Shown: piece by piece, positions 1 to 8,331 of the stretch
How positions within the stretch are numbered: position 1 is the stretch's first letter
Layout of the letters: each line of letters begins with the position of its first letter
Assembly (NCBI GenBank): GCA_039208735.1
Contig: JBCCQY010000134.1
Span: 1 to 25,730, forward strand
Direction of reading: 5' to 3'
Length of the DNA stretch: 25,730 nucleotides
Origin: Myxococcota bacterium
Lineage (GTDB): Bacteria > Myxococcota_A > UBA796 > GCA-2862545
Notes under the pieces: generated by a model
Told to the model about the DNA's origin: nothing
The model's input: the letters and a program-made list of their open reading frames with translations, nothing else
The model's database searches: none
Position numbers and translations under genes: made by a program

Positions 1-915
1 AATCGACAGCGGCACCGAAGCAAAGGTCCGGTTGAACTCCCCAAGCATGGAAAAGCCCTTGTACTTGAACAGGAAGTCGACCCCGACCTTCTGAAAGTCA
101 GGAAGCGCCTCTTGTCCTGCCGCATCGAGGTAGAGGATGCCCCCGCTCTCGCGCCCTCGGCGACTGCTCATCTGTCGGTTGTAGCTGTAGATCGCGCCCA
201 CCACGAGGCGAGGTGTCGGCTCCCGTACCAAGTCCGCCTGACGAAACTGGCCGAACCTCGTGAACAGACCGAACGGCAAGTAGTCGAGGCGCCCCCCCAC
301 TTTCAAACCGCCCCGGTCGGCGTCGAACACGTTGGGGCCATCGCCGTTCGTGACCACCACATAGGGCTTGAGGTAGTGCTGCGATTGACCGAACCGAAGG
401 CGATGGTTGATGAAGAGACCAAACTCGCGAATCGCCGCAAACGCCGAGGTCAACCGACTCCGTTCCGGAAGCTGCAGCGTGTGGGACAACATGAACAGTT
501 CGCGGTTGTCGGTTGGGGTCGCCCGTTGGCCGAACGTCACTTCGAAGTGGCGAGACAGGCGATAGGTCACGAAGGCGTCGAGCAGAAAGTTGTTCTGCAA
601 GGTGTCGACCTCGTTCGCGCCTGACAGGTCCACCTGCAGACGAAACTCCACCCGGTCGCGAGGGGAACTTCCCACCAGGCGAAGCCGAAGCCGGCGCATC
701 CGAAAGCGGGTTAAGGAGTCCCGGCCCGGCTGCATTGTGAAGTCGCGAACCTCCATGGACGGCTGCATGTAGGTGAACAAACGCAGCCGGTGGCCCTGAT
801 GGGTCGAAAACCGCAAGCCCTCGCCCAGTCGGTACTTGTCGAGCGTGAGGCCGCCATCCCTGGCCCAGGCCGGCCCTCCCCACAGCAGCACGAAGCCAAG
901 GACGAACACCCACAC
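1..915 (-). CDS. Outer-membrane porin, OprO/OprP (phosphate-selective porin)-like; runs off the left edge
   Basis: Absent from the ORF track (no stop in window). Manual translation from GTG at 915: MWVFVLGFVLLWGGPAWA (signal peptide)...RFRMRRLRLRLVG...FRLQVDLSG...LLDAFVTYRL...VTFGQR...GGRLDYLPFG...KVGVDFLFKYKGFSMLGEF. The frame is open to position 1 and starts 3 nt after the dcuC stop. Confidence 0.8.
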   Translation of the reverse strand, partial: MWVFVLGFVLLWGGPAWARDGGLTLDKYRLGEGLRFSTHQGHRLRLFTYMQPSMEVRDFTMQPGRDSLTRFRMRRLRLRLVGSSPRDRVEFRLQVDLSGANEVDTLQNNFLLDAFVTYRLSRHFEVTFGQRATPTDNRELFMLSHTLQLPERSRLTSAFAAIREFGLFINHRLRFGQSQHYLKPYVVVTNGDGPNVFDADRGGLKVGGRLDYLPFGLFTRFGQFRQADLVREPTPRLVVGAIYSYNRQMSSRRGRESGGILYLDAAGQEALPDFQKVGVDFLFKYKGFSMLGEFNRTFASVPLSI

Positions 916-918
916 CGC

Positions 919-2286
919 TCACCCCACAATCGAGTGGAAGACAAGAAGGAAGACCAGCCCAAGGCCCAGCGGCACCGCGGTACGCCGGACCACATCGATG
1001 GTCGAGACCCCGGCCAGTTCCGACGTGGCAATCACCACGCCCGCGATGGGCGAAACGCTCCGACCCATGCTCGCGGCGAGCTGCATGGGCGTCACAAGGT
1101 CGGTCGCCGGGACCCCTGCACTACTGGCGATATCGGGCGCGAGGGGACCAAAGGCAAAGAACGACGCGTTACCACTGCCCATCAGCATCGATGCCGCAAA
1201 GATCATCACCGACATCACGACGCCAATGCCCACGGCACCCATGCCGATCGATTGCGTCACGGCGATCAGGGCGTCGATGAACCCCAAGGCCAGCAGACCC
1301 TGCGAGAACACATCCGCCGCGATGATCAGCGTCACCACGGAGCGAAACAAGTCCCCCATACCCCCCCAAAACACCTTCAGCGTTCCGAGCATCCCGCTTG
1401 CGTCCCGAGTGCGGAGTCCGTCCACGACAAGGGCGATCAGAAGGCTCACGAACATCGCGGTGGTGGTGTCGAGCCTCACCCTTGTCGCGCCAAACAAGCC
1501 CGAGAAGGCGAGAAGGAGGACCAAGGGCAGAACCGGAAAGATCGCGTAGAGGGTTGGGAACCCGTTGTCGTCGGGATCTTCGTCGGGCAGCGCGATGGCA
1601 AACGCCGGGGTTTCCTTCCGGTCGGCCCAACGGTTCACAAAGTAGAACGCCGTGGCGACCACCAGGCTGGTGGGAACGACCAGGGGCAGCTGGTGCAGCA
1701 CGAAGTAGTCTGAAAGGGGCAGTTCGACGATCTCGGTCGCTCTCGCGGTCATCGCGGAGGCGGGACCCATGCCAAAGCTGGTGCATGAAACGATCACGGC
1801 AACCGCAGACACGCGGCTAATGCCGAGCCTCACGAGCAGCGGATACACCGAGGCCATCAGCAACAGGCCCAGTCCCGCCGCCGAGGGAATGGTGACGAAC
1901 AAGGCCTGTCCGATGGGAATCATCAGGCTGGCGGACAGGTAGGGGAATCGGCGAAACCAGCGCAACGGACGCGTGGCGACGCTGACCAGGGCGTGGCTTG
2001 CCCCAAGCTTGTCCATCGCGGCCACAAAGCCACCGATGGCCATGATCATGAGGCCCACGCCACCCAACGTCTCGGAAAACGACTCGGCCACGAGCCGCAA
2101 GAGATCAAAGCCGAACCACCCCGTGGCGCGGTTCGGGACTGGGGTGTCGAGTCCTAGCCCTCGAGCCACCACCAGCATCGAAAGTCCAGCCGCAAGCAGA
2201 ACGCCGTGGGGGTGGAGCCGCCGCAACAGGAGGTTGGCGACGACAACAATAGTGGCAACGGCGAACAGCGCCGCGACGACGGACAC
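919..2286 (-). CDS. dcuC: DcuC-family C4-dicarboxylate transporter
   Basis: 455 aa, many TM helices; family-type motifs GLMIMAIGGF, PSAAGLGLLLMASVYPLL, MGSGNASFFAF, MQLAASMGRSVSPIAGVVIA. Family-level call only; substrate unproven. Confidence 0.82.
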   Translation of the reverse strand: MSVVAALFAVATIVVVANLLLRRLHPHGVLLAAGLSMLVVARGLGLDTPVPNRATGWFGFDLLRLVAESFSETLGGVGLMIMAIGGFVAAMDKLGASHALVSVATRPLRWFRRFPYLSASLMIPIGQALFVTIPSAAGLGLLLMASVYPLLVRLGISRVSAVAVIVSCTSFGMGPASAMTARATEIVELPLSDYFVLHQLPLVVPTSLVVATAFYFVNRWADRKETPAFAIALPDEDPDDNGFPTLYAIFPVLPLVLLLAFSGLFGATRVRLDTTTAMFVSLLIALVVDGLRTRDASGMLGTLKVFWGGMGDLFRSVVTLIIAADVFSQGLLALGFIDALIAVTQSIGMGAVGIGVVMSVMIFAASMLMGSGNASFFAFGPLAPDIASSAGVPATDLVTPMQLAASMGRSVSPIAGVVIATSELAGVSTIDVVRRTAVPLGLGLVFLLVFHSIVG

Positions 2287-2293
2287 GTTGGAT

Positions 2294-3313
2294 TCAGAAG
2301 TCGGTGCCGTCGATGCGCGTGCCCGGAGTGAAGAGCACGCCCTTGACGACGTTGGTATGAAGGTCGAAATCGCCGGTCAGATCGGGATTCCGGGTAAAGG
2401 CCTGATCGGCGGCCGACGTGTAGTTCGGGAAGGTCTCAATGTCGCGGGCGATGAGTTCGTTGCCCGCGCTGTCTTGCAGGTAAAAGATGTCCCCCCCGTT
2501 GTTGAGGTTCAGTTCTCCAAACGTCGAGGTCTGGACGATCGAACCACCAAAGTCGTTGGTGACCATGTTGAAGTTCGGGTTGGGCTTCTTCCCTTTCTCA
2601 TCGAGGAACTCGCGGGTATCGATGCCAGGCATTCCGCCGCCAAACACGACCAACGCCTGACCAGGGGCGAGCACCGTGCCATCGGGCACCGTGTGGTTCG
2701 GTCCCTTCGTGGCCACCGCGTCGAGATTTTCCTGGTCGAACAGCATGAAGCCGCTCACATCGACCGAGAAGGTCTCGGTATTGACGAGTTCGACGAACTC
2801 ATCGTCCATGGCTCCGCGAACGCCATCGAAATTGGCGTCGCCGCCATCGCCGGGTGCAGCAGGCACGCCGCCCACCGGGTCGTACTGCATCTCATTGAGG
2901 AGAATGGTCGCCGTGTCGGCTTCGTCGCAATTGTCGTCCGTGCCATTGCCTGGAATCTCAGCCGCATCTGGGTTGATTGCTGGGTCGGCATCGTCGCAAT
3001 CATCTGCGGTCAAAAACCCGTCGCAATCGCCATCATCGGCCACGGCGTTGGATTGGTCGTCATTGTCATCACAATCGTCGGCGGTGAGAATGCCGTCACA
3101 GTCGGCATCATCAGCAATTGCCCCCAGCATCTCATCGTTGTCATCACAATCGTCCGCCGTTGGGACGCCATCATTGTCAGCATCCACAACCGGTGCAGGA
3201 CCCGTGTCGCCGGCGCCGGTCTCCGCGGTCTCTTTTTCGGGATCATCGCCCGCACAAGCCGTGGCCATTAGACTTGCCGCAAACAATGCGGCAACGCGAA
3301 TCGAGTGGTGCAT
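2294..3313 (-). CDS. Lipoprotein with Asp/Cys-rich putative metal-binding (MopE-like) repeats and C-terminal lamin-tail domain
   Basis: Lipobox-like LMATAC; three DxDxDG..TADDCDDxD units plus INPDAAEIPGNGTDDNCD; LTD-type motifs LNEMQYDP...DEFVELVN...VLAPGQALVVF...LNNGGD; SD AGAGGAG upstream. Confidence 0.8.
   Translation of the reverse strand: MHHSIRVAALFAASLMATACAGDDPEKETAETGAGDTGPAPVVDADNDGVPTADDCDDNDEMLGAIADDADCDGILTADDCDDNDDQSNAVADDGDCDGFLTADDCDDADPAINPDAAEIPGNGTDDNCDEADTATILLNEMQYDPVGGVPAAPGDGGDANFDGVRGAMDDEFVELVNTETFSVDVSGFMLFDQENLDAVATKGPNHTVPDGTVLAPGQALVVFGGGMPGIDTREFLDEKGKKPNPNFNMVTNDFGGSIVQTSTFGELNLNNGGDIFYLQDSAGNELIARDIETFPNYTSAADQAFTRNPDLTGDFDLHTNVVKGVLFTPGTRIDGTDF
2924..3184 (-). 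repeat. Intragenic tandem repeat, 75-nt (25-aa) period, about 3 units ending in a MopE-like motif
   Basis: Equivalent TADDCDD-coding segments begin on the + strand at 2991, 3066 and 3141. Units: DADNDGVPTADDCDDND, DADCDGILTADDCDDND, DGDCDGFLTADDCDDAD. Confidence 0.85.
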
Positions 3314-3351
3314 GGTGTCTCCTCTTGCCCCCCAGGGGCGACTGAAACGGC

Positions 3352-4959
3352 TCAGAACGACGAGCCGTCGACTCGAGTGCCCGGCGAGAATAGCAAATCC
3401 GAATTTGCGGCATGCTGCTCGAAATCACCGGTCAAGTCAGGATTCCGCGTGTACGATTCATTGGGATTGTTGGACAGCGGTTCCACATCGAACTGCAACA
3501 CGATGAGTCCGGCATCGTCTGTGATACGCAGGAGATCACCCGAATTGTTGAGGTTGATCGCACCCGTCGTCGTGGTTTGAACCTGGGCGCCTCCAAACGC
3601 GCCGCTCGGCGTTCCACCTCCGAAGACCACCAGCACACCGCCGTCTTCGAGAACTGTCCCCGCCGGAATCACGTGCCGAGGAACTCCGCTGACCCAAGCC
3701 TCCGTGTCCCAAATCGCGTAGTTCGAAACATCGAGAACCCCGCCGCTCGTGTTCACAAACTCAACGAATTCGTCCTCGTCTTGGACGTAGATACCATCGC
3801 CATTTGCGTCACCTGGAAAGTTCCCTTCGTCATCTGCGGGGTCGTTCGATGGATCGTAGAGCACTTCATTGATGGTGAGCCCTGGATCGATGTCGTCATC
3901 GGCAATCGTGACTTCGAGTTCGGTGATGAATCCGAGTTCTCCGCCCGTCACGCGGTCCAAAGTCACTTCGATGATCTCAATGCCCTCGGCCTCATCGTCG
4001 TCCACCGACGTCAATGTGGTCGAAGCCGTCAGTTCGCCAGCCGGAATCGTCAACGTGGTCGGCCCGGCCGTGAAGTCGTCACCCAGCGTGGCCGTGCCTG
4101 AAAGCCCAAGGTCGACCGTCACTTCGCTTTCGGTTGGGGAGTTGGCGGTCGCGGTGATGGTGACGGTCTCCCCGGACTCAGCAATCGTGACCACCGAAGC
4201 GCTGATCGACACGAGCAACCCCACGTCCGCATCCGAAACCACGCCCAAACGCATCTCTTCGGGCACTTGGTCGTAGATCGCGGAAGGCACAACGATGTCC
4301 GGCGTATCGGGGTCGCCGTCCGGACCTGGGTTGCCGGAAAGATCAAGGGTCTCGTCGATGAGCGGATTGTTCTGCAGGTCGATCGTTACGAGTTCATGAT
4401 TGGGAAGCGAGAGATGCCGGAGGGCCGGATTTCCCGACAGGTCGATGGTCTGCAGACGCTGACCATCCTCGGCCTGCGAACTGCCTTGGTACCGCAGCCG
4501 ATCAAGGACCGCGTTGTTGGTCAGATCGAGGTCGCCGACCAGATTGAAGTTCATCTCGAGCGCTTGCAGATTCTGGAGGTTGGCCAGATCGAGGGACTCG
4601 ACGTCATTGGCGGTAATGCGCAGCAACTCCAAGTTCACGAAGAACTGAATTCCATCCAAATCAACAATCTTATCGGCTGCCGTAGCGACTCCAGCCTCTT
4701 TCAGGTTGGCCACCGCGCTCGAGGTCTTGGACAACGCAAGTTCCGCCACCCCATCAACGAGGTTGATGTCGACCGACCAGACGGTCTCGCCATCGACCTG
4801 CTCGGAAGAGATGCCAGGAACCTTAAGAAACGCCATGTATTCGCCGAACGCGGCGTCGGACAGCGGATACAGCTCCGCGGGCGGAGGGGGCTCCTCCACA
4901 TCCTGGGTCTGGCAGGCAATGGTGCCTAGCAATGCGGTGCAGACGAGGATCGAACGCAT
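3352..4959 (-). CDS. Lipoprotein: leucine-rich repeats + Calx-beta domain + lamin-tail domain
   Basis: Lipobox-like LLGTIAC; 21-aa LRRs (LELLRITANDVESLDLANLQN); Calx-beta-like SGTATLGDDF...LTIPAGE...VDDDEAEGIE...VTIADDD; LTD INEVLYDP...DEFVEFVN...LNNSGD; SD GGAGG upstream. Confidence 0.82.
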   Translation of the reverse strand: MRSILVCTALLGTIACQTQDVEEPPPPAELYPLSDAAFGEYMAFLKVPGISSEQVDGETVWSVDINLVDGVAELALSKTSSAVANLKEAGVATAADKIVDLDGIQFFVNLELLRITANDVESLDLANLQNLQALEMNFNLVGDLDLTNNAVLDRLRYQGSSQAEDGQRLQTIDLSGNPALRHLSLPNHELVTIDLQNNPLIDETLDLSGNPGPDGDPDTPDIVVPSAIYDQVPEEMRLGVVSDADVGLLVSISASVVTIAESGETVTITATANSPTESEVTVDLGLSGTATLGDDFTAGPTTLTIPAGELTASTTLTSVDDDEAEGIEIIEVTLDRVTGGELGFITELEVTIADDDIDPGLTINEVLYDPSNDPADDEGNFPGDANGDGIYVQDEDEFVEFVNTSGGVLDVSNYAIWDTEAWVSGVPRHVIPAGTVLEDGGVLVVFGGGTPSGAFGGAQVQTTTTGAINLNNSGDLLRITDDAGLIVLQFDVEPLSNNPNESYTRNPDLTGDFEQHAANSDLLFSPGTRVDGSSF

Positions 4960-5050
4960 GGGTCCTCCGTCGCGGGGCTCCCCGCGCCGTGTCCCACGAC
5001 TCTACACCGACCCCTCGCAAAATGGACGCGATCGGCGATGTCCGAGCATC

Positions 5051-5084
5051 TATAGAAAAGCAAAAAGCACCATTATCAAAAAAT
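5051..5084 (-). promoter_or_regulatory. AT-rich candidate promoter region for the LTD-LTD-dcuC-porin unit
   Basis: Conspicuous AT-rich patch in the 4960-5140 gap; the minus strand reads TTGATA-atggtgctttttgcttt-TCTATAGAT (sigma70-like boxes, imperfect -10). Confidence 0.35.
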
Positions 5085-5140
5085 GACGCCGCGTCTCTTA
5101 TCTGCTGCTGCGACAGGTGCGCGCCTCGGACGACCGAGCC

Positions 5141-6199
5141 CTAAGAAGGCAGCCCAAGCGCACGCCACGCCAACATGCCGCCGGCCAAATTCGCAGCGTT
5201 GATGCCGGCGCGTTCGAGGATCGTGGCCCCTATCGAAGAGCGACGTCCGGATTGGCAAACCACCACCACAGGACGGTCGGTGGGCACCTCGGTCACACGA
5301 ACGCGGAGTTCATCGAGGGGAATCGCAAGCGCGCCGTCGAGTTGACCAAGTTCACCAGAGAGTTCGGCCGGGTTTCGAACGTCGAGGATGCGGACGTCCT
5401 CGCGATGGTCGGCTACCCACTCAGGCTCGATCTGGTGGAATCCCCCGTACGTGCGCACCACCGGCCCCCACGCGGGCTTCACGGGCGCCTGACCGTCCTC
5501 GGGCTCTCCCAAACGGAGGTTCGCGGGCAGGGCGACATCAAGCTTCTTGGGGTGGGGCAAGCCAAGGTTGTTCATGTAGCCGACGAAGTCCTCTTCGCGG
5601 GCCTCGCCGCCAATGCGGGGATTGTGGGCGCATTCCTCTTGCACGCTACTTGACGTTCGCCCTCGATAGTCGTGGGCCGGGTACACGGTGTAGTGACGAG
5701 GCAAGCTGAAGATTTGGTCACGAATGGAGCGAAAGAGGGTCGCGGCACTGCCGGCTTGGAAGTCGGTGCGGCCAGCCCCTCGAATGAGCAGAGCGTCACC
5801 GGTAAACACCATCTCTGCGTCGTGCTCCACGAACGCGAGGCAACCAGCCGTATGGCCGGGCGTTGCACGTACTTCAAGCGACCGCTCACCAAACCTCACC
5901 ACGTCGCCATGCGCCAACGGGAGGTCGACCGCGGACACGTTGTAGGCCTTGGCCAAGCCGATCCGAGATCCAAACTCCTGTTTCATCAGCCAAGCCCCGG
6001 TCACGTGGTCTGCGTGAACATGGGTGTCGAGGGTCGCGATCAACACCACGTCAAGTTCCCGCACCAGCGCGGCATCTCGCTCATGCTGCTCAAACACCGG
6101 ATCGATCAGCACCGCCTGGCGGGTCGCTGGGTCGGCCAACAAGTAAGTGTAGGTGCTGGACGTCGCGTCGTAGAGTTGTCGGAACATCAGCGTGCTCAC
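5141..6199 (-). CDS. Persulfide dioxygenase (ETHE1-type metallo-beta-lactamase fold) fused to a C-terminal rhodanese
   Basis: FRQL...SSTYTYLL, THVHADH, TPGHT, FTGDALLIRGAGRTDFQ, YPAHDY; rhodanese LDVR and active-site loop CQSGRRS. Confidence 0.92.
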   Translation of the reverse strand: MSTLMFRQLYDATSSTYTYLLADPATRQAVLIDPVFEQHERDAALVRELDVVLIATLDTHVHADHVTGAWLMKQEFGSRIGLAKAYNVSAVDLPLAHGDVVRFGERSLEVRATPGHTAGCLAFVEHDAEMVFTGDALLIRGAGRTDFQAGSAATLFRSIRDQIFSLPRHYTVYPAHDYRGRTSSSVQEECAHNPRIGGEAREEDFVGYMNNLGLPHPKKLDVALPANLRLGEPEDGQAPVKPAWGPVVRTYGGFHQIEPEWVADHREDVRILDVRNPAELSGELGQLDGALAIPLDELRVRVTEVPTDRPVVVVCQSGRRSSIGATILERAGINAANLAGGMLAWRALGLPS

Positions 6200-7152
6200 T
6201 CCGGATCGAGCACGCCCTCAATCGCGTGCACCGCTCCTGACAGTGTACGCACATCGGCGAGGGGCCCCACGGGAACGCGCGTAGACTGCGCGTCGAGCAA
6301 CCCCAAGCTTCCGTCCTTGGCAACGTCGAATTCGACTTCGTCACCCCATGCCGTCGTCCACCGGGTCCCATCGGTTGCGGACCCGAGTAGAACCTGACCT
6401 GAGATCACGTGATTGAGCAGGATGGAAGCAATGTTGGCCGGTGGGTTGCCAAGGCTGATTCCGGCGTCGGCAAAGGCCTGGTTCGTGGGCGCCAACAGGG
6501 TGAACGGCTCCCCCCCGGCCAGCGTATTGGGAGCCAAGCTATCGCTGAGCCCGGTCGCGTTGAGCATGGCCAGCAACGTGGAGAACTCGGGCTGGGCTTC
6601 CAGGTAGAGGAGGGTCGGCGGCGGAACCGCCACCGCGTCCAGGCGATGCACGATGCCGTTGGCCGCCACCTGGTCCAAGGGGGTTCCTAGAGGGGCCCCA
6701 CCCAATGTCTTGGTCTGGGCCACCGACTGCAACTGCAGGCCGGAGGCGGTAAGCAGCGCCCGATCCTGCGCCAGGTCTCCAAACGCGACCTCCGCCGGGA
6801 TCATGTGGTAGAGCAGGATGTTTGCGAGCGTGTCCTGGCTCGGGGAGATCGCACCCAACTGGGCGAATGCTCCGTCGCTGGGGACAAATACCGTCCACAT
6901 CGCCTTCCGATCGTCAAGCGCCAGGTCGAGGCCGGTTTGGCCAAGGGCGGCGGCAAAGCGCTGGGTCTCGGAATCCATCTGGATGAGGTCGGCAACCGTC
7001 GGGGGCTCCGTCCCCGTGTCGGTCATTAAGACGGGGCCTGTGTCTGCGGTGCTCATGGGGTCGGACACGACCGGTGCGTCGTCGGTGACAGGTTCGGTTC
7101 CATCCCCCGAACAACCAACGATGAACCCCATGATTCCGATCTTTCGGAGCAT
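6196..7152 (-). CDS. Fasciclin (two FAS1 domains) lipoprotein
   Basis: Start moved to ATG 7152 (MLRKIGIMGFIVGC, G-rich SD). FAS1 motifs occur twice: WTVFVPSDGAF/ILLYHMI/NGIVHRLDAV and FTLLAPTNQAF/ILLNHVI/GAVHAIEGVL. Confidence 0.88.
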   Translation of the reverse strand: MLRKIGIMGFIVGCSGDGTEPVTDDAPVVSDPMSTADTGPVLMTDTGTEPPTVADLIQMDSETQRFAAALGQTGLDLALDDRKAMWTVFVPSDGAFAQLGAISPSQDTLANILLYHMIPAEVAFGDLAQDRALLTASGLQLQSVAQTKTLGGAPLGTPLDQVAANGIVHRLDAVAVPPPTLLYLEAQPEFSTLLAMLNATGLSDSLAPNTLAGGEPFTLLAPTNQAFADAGISLGNPPANIASILLNHVISGQVLLGSATDGTRWTTAWGDEVEFDVAKDGSLGLLDAQSTRVPVGPLADVRTLSGAVHAIEGVLDPE

Positions 7153-7231
7153 CTCGTCCCCCCTTGGCCATCGCATGGCCAGACCTCCAGCATAGACGGC
7201 GTCGTTCCGATCCTGCGATATCGGGTTCGGC

Positions 7232-8302
7232 ATGGGGGACGATCGAATTGGAAGCCTGCTCGCGGCGACTCGAACCGCGGAGGATTGGACCCCGTGGCTT
7301 GTGCTAGCGGATGCTTTGGGTGAACGTGGTGATCCGCGCGCTGCCTTGGTCCGGGCACACCATCGGTTGGCCGAGGGCGGACTCCCCGACGCCGATCGCG
7401 ATGTTCTGGCGAACTGGATCATCGCGACGGAAGGGGCTTCCGAATGGCCCAACTCCCTTCCCAAAGCCCCTCCTGGGGTCTCGGTGCGATGGGTCCGCGG
7501 ATTCGTTCATCAGATTTTCCTTCGTCGCTTGGCCGACGACGTGGTTGCCTACCTAAACGCGTTGCAAGCCCATCCCTTCGGACGGGGCCTCAACCACCTC
7601 CGATTGATGGTTCGCCGGCCTGCCGTCGCCGCATTCGGCCGCCTGGTCGAAGCCCGCTTTGCTCCGCATGTGCTGCATTGGTCCTTTGCCCAACAGGCCC
7701 TCGGACCCGCCCATGCCCGGGTGCTCGCCGCGGCTCTCCCCACGCTTCGGAGTCTCGACGTCAGCGCCAACGCGCTGGGGGATGGAGGCATGATGACCTT
7801 GGCCAACACGCCATGGTCGGACCTTGAGGCTCTCCATTTGGGCAGCAATGGGATCGGTACGGAAGGCATCCATGCATTGGCCGCGGCGAACTGGCCCCGA
7901 CTCGAAACGCTGTTGATCATGGCCGCGCCAATCGGGGAGACCGAAGCGACGGCACTCGCCAGCGCGGTTTACGCAAACCACTTGGGGTTCCTGCAACTTC
8001 CCAACTGCGGTTTGGGCGCCGCGATCGAGGCCTTGATCCCGGCTCCACGACCTGCGTTGCACACGCTTGGTTTGGCCTTCAACGCCCTGGGGGACGCGGG
8101 GTTGGCGAAGCTTTCTCCCGAGCAACTGCCGAACCTGCGGCGACTTGCGGTCATGGGCAATCGGATTCGCGACCGCGGCGCCCGGCACTTCGCAGACCAA
8201 CCGTGGACCACCTTGCGGAAGGTGGATCTCTCACAGAACCCCGACATTGGAGAGGAAGCGCGCCAGGCCCTGGGGACGCTTCCCTTCGAAGTGTTGGTGT
8301 AA
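7232..8302 (+). CDS. TIGR02996-domain leucine-rich-repeat protein
   Basis: N-terminal WLVLADALGERGDPRA and WVRGFV; LRRs such as LRSLDVSANALGDGG, LEALHLGSNGIGTEG, LHTLGLAFNALGDAG. Confidence 0.82.
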   Translation: MGDDRIGSLLAATRTAEDWTPWLVLADALGERGDPRAALVRAHHRLAEGGLPDADRDVLANWIIATEGASEWPNSLPKAPPGVSVRWVRGFVHQIFLRRLADDVVAYLNALQAHPFGRGLNHLRLMVRRPAVAAFGRLVEARFAPHVLHWSFAQQALGPAHARVLAAALPTLRSLDVSANALGDGGMMTLANTPWSDLEALHLGSNGIGTEGIHALAAANWPRLETLLIMAAPIGETEATALASAVYANHLGFLQLPNCGLGAAIEALIPAPRPALHTLGLAFNALGDAGLAKLSPEQLPNLRRLAVMGNRIRDRGARHFADQPWTTLRKVDLSQNPDIGEEARQALGTLPFEVLV

Positions 8303-8331
8303 CTGCGCGCCGTCTCAAAGGACCTGCCGAT

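Noticed and set aside
98..922. 274-aa minus-strand ORF in the track
   Set aside because: Wrong frame; the frame starting at GTG 915 gives a signal peptide and porin-like sequence.
1973..3271. 432-aa plus-strand ORF and similar antisense ORFs (790-1713, 16502-17557, 21992-22930, 23573-24565)
   Set aside because: Mirror frames of real genes with no recognisable domains.
5058..5073. Sigma54-like TGG...TGC on the minus strand
   Set aside because: GG-to-GC spacing is 8 nt rather than the required 10.
6196..7464. Long N-terminal extensions in the track (also 8203, 13926, 15014, 15124, 19466, 24610, 25275)
   Set aside because: Most overlap neighbouring genes; internal starts with SD, signal peptide or ATGA coupling fit better.
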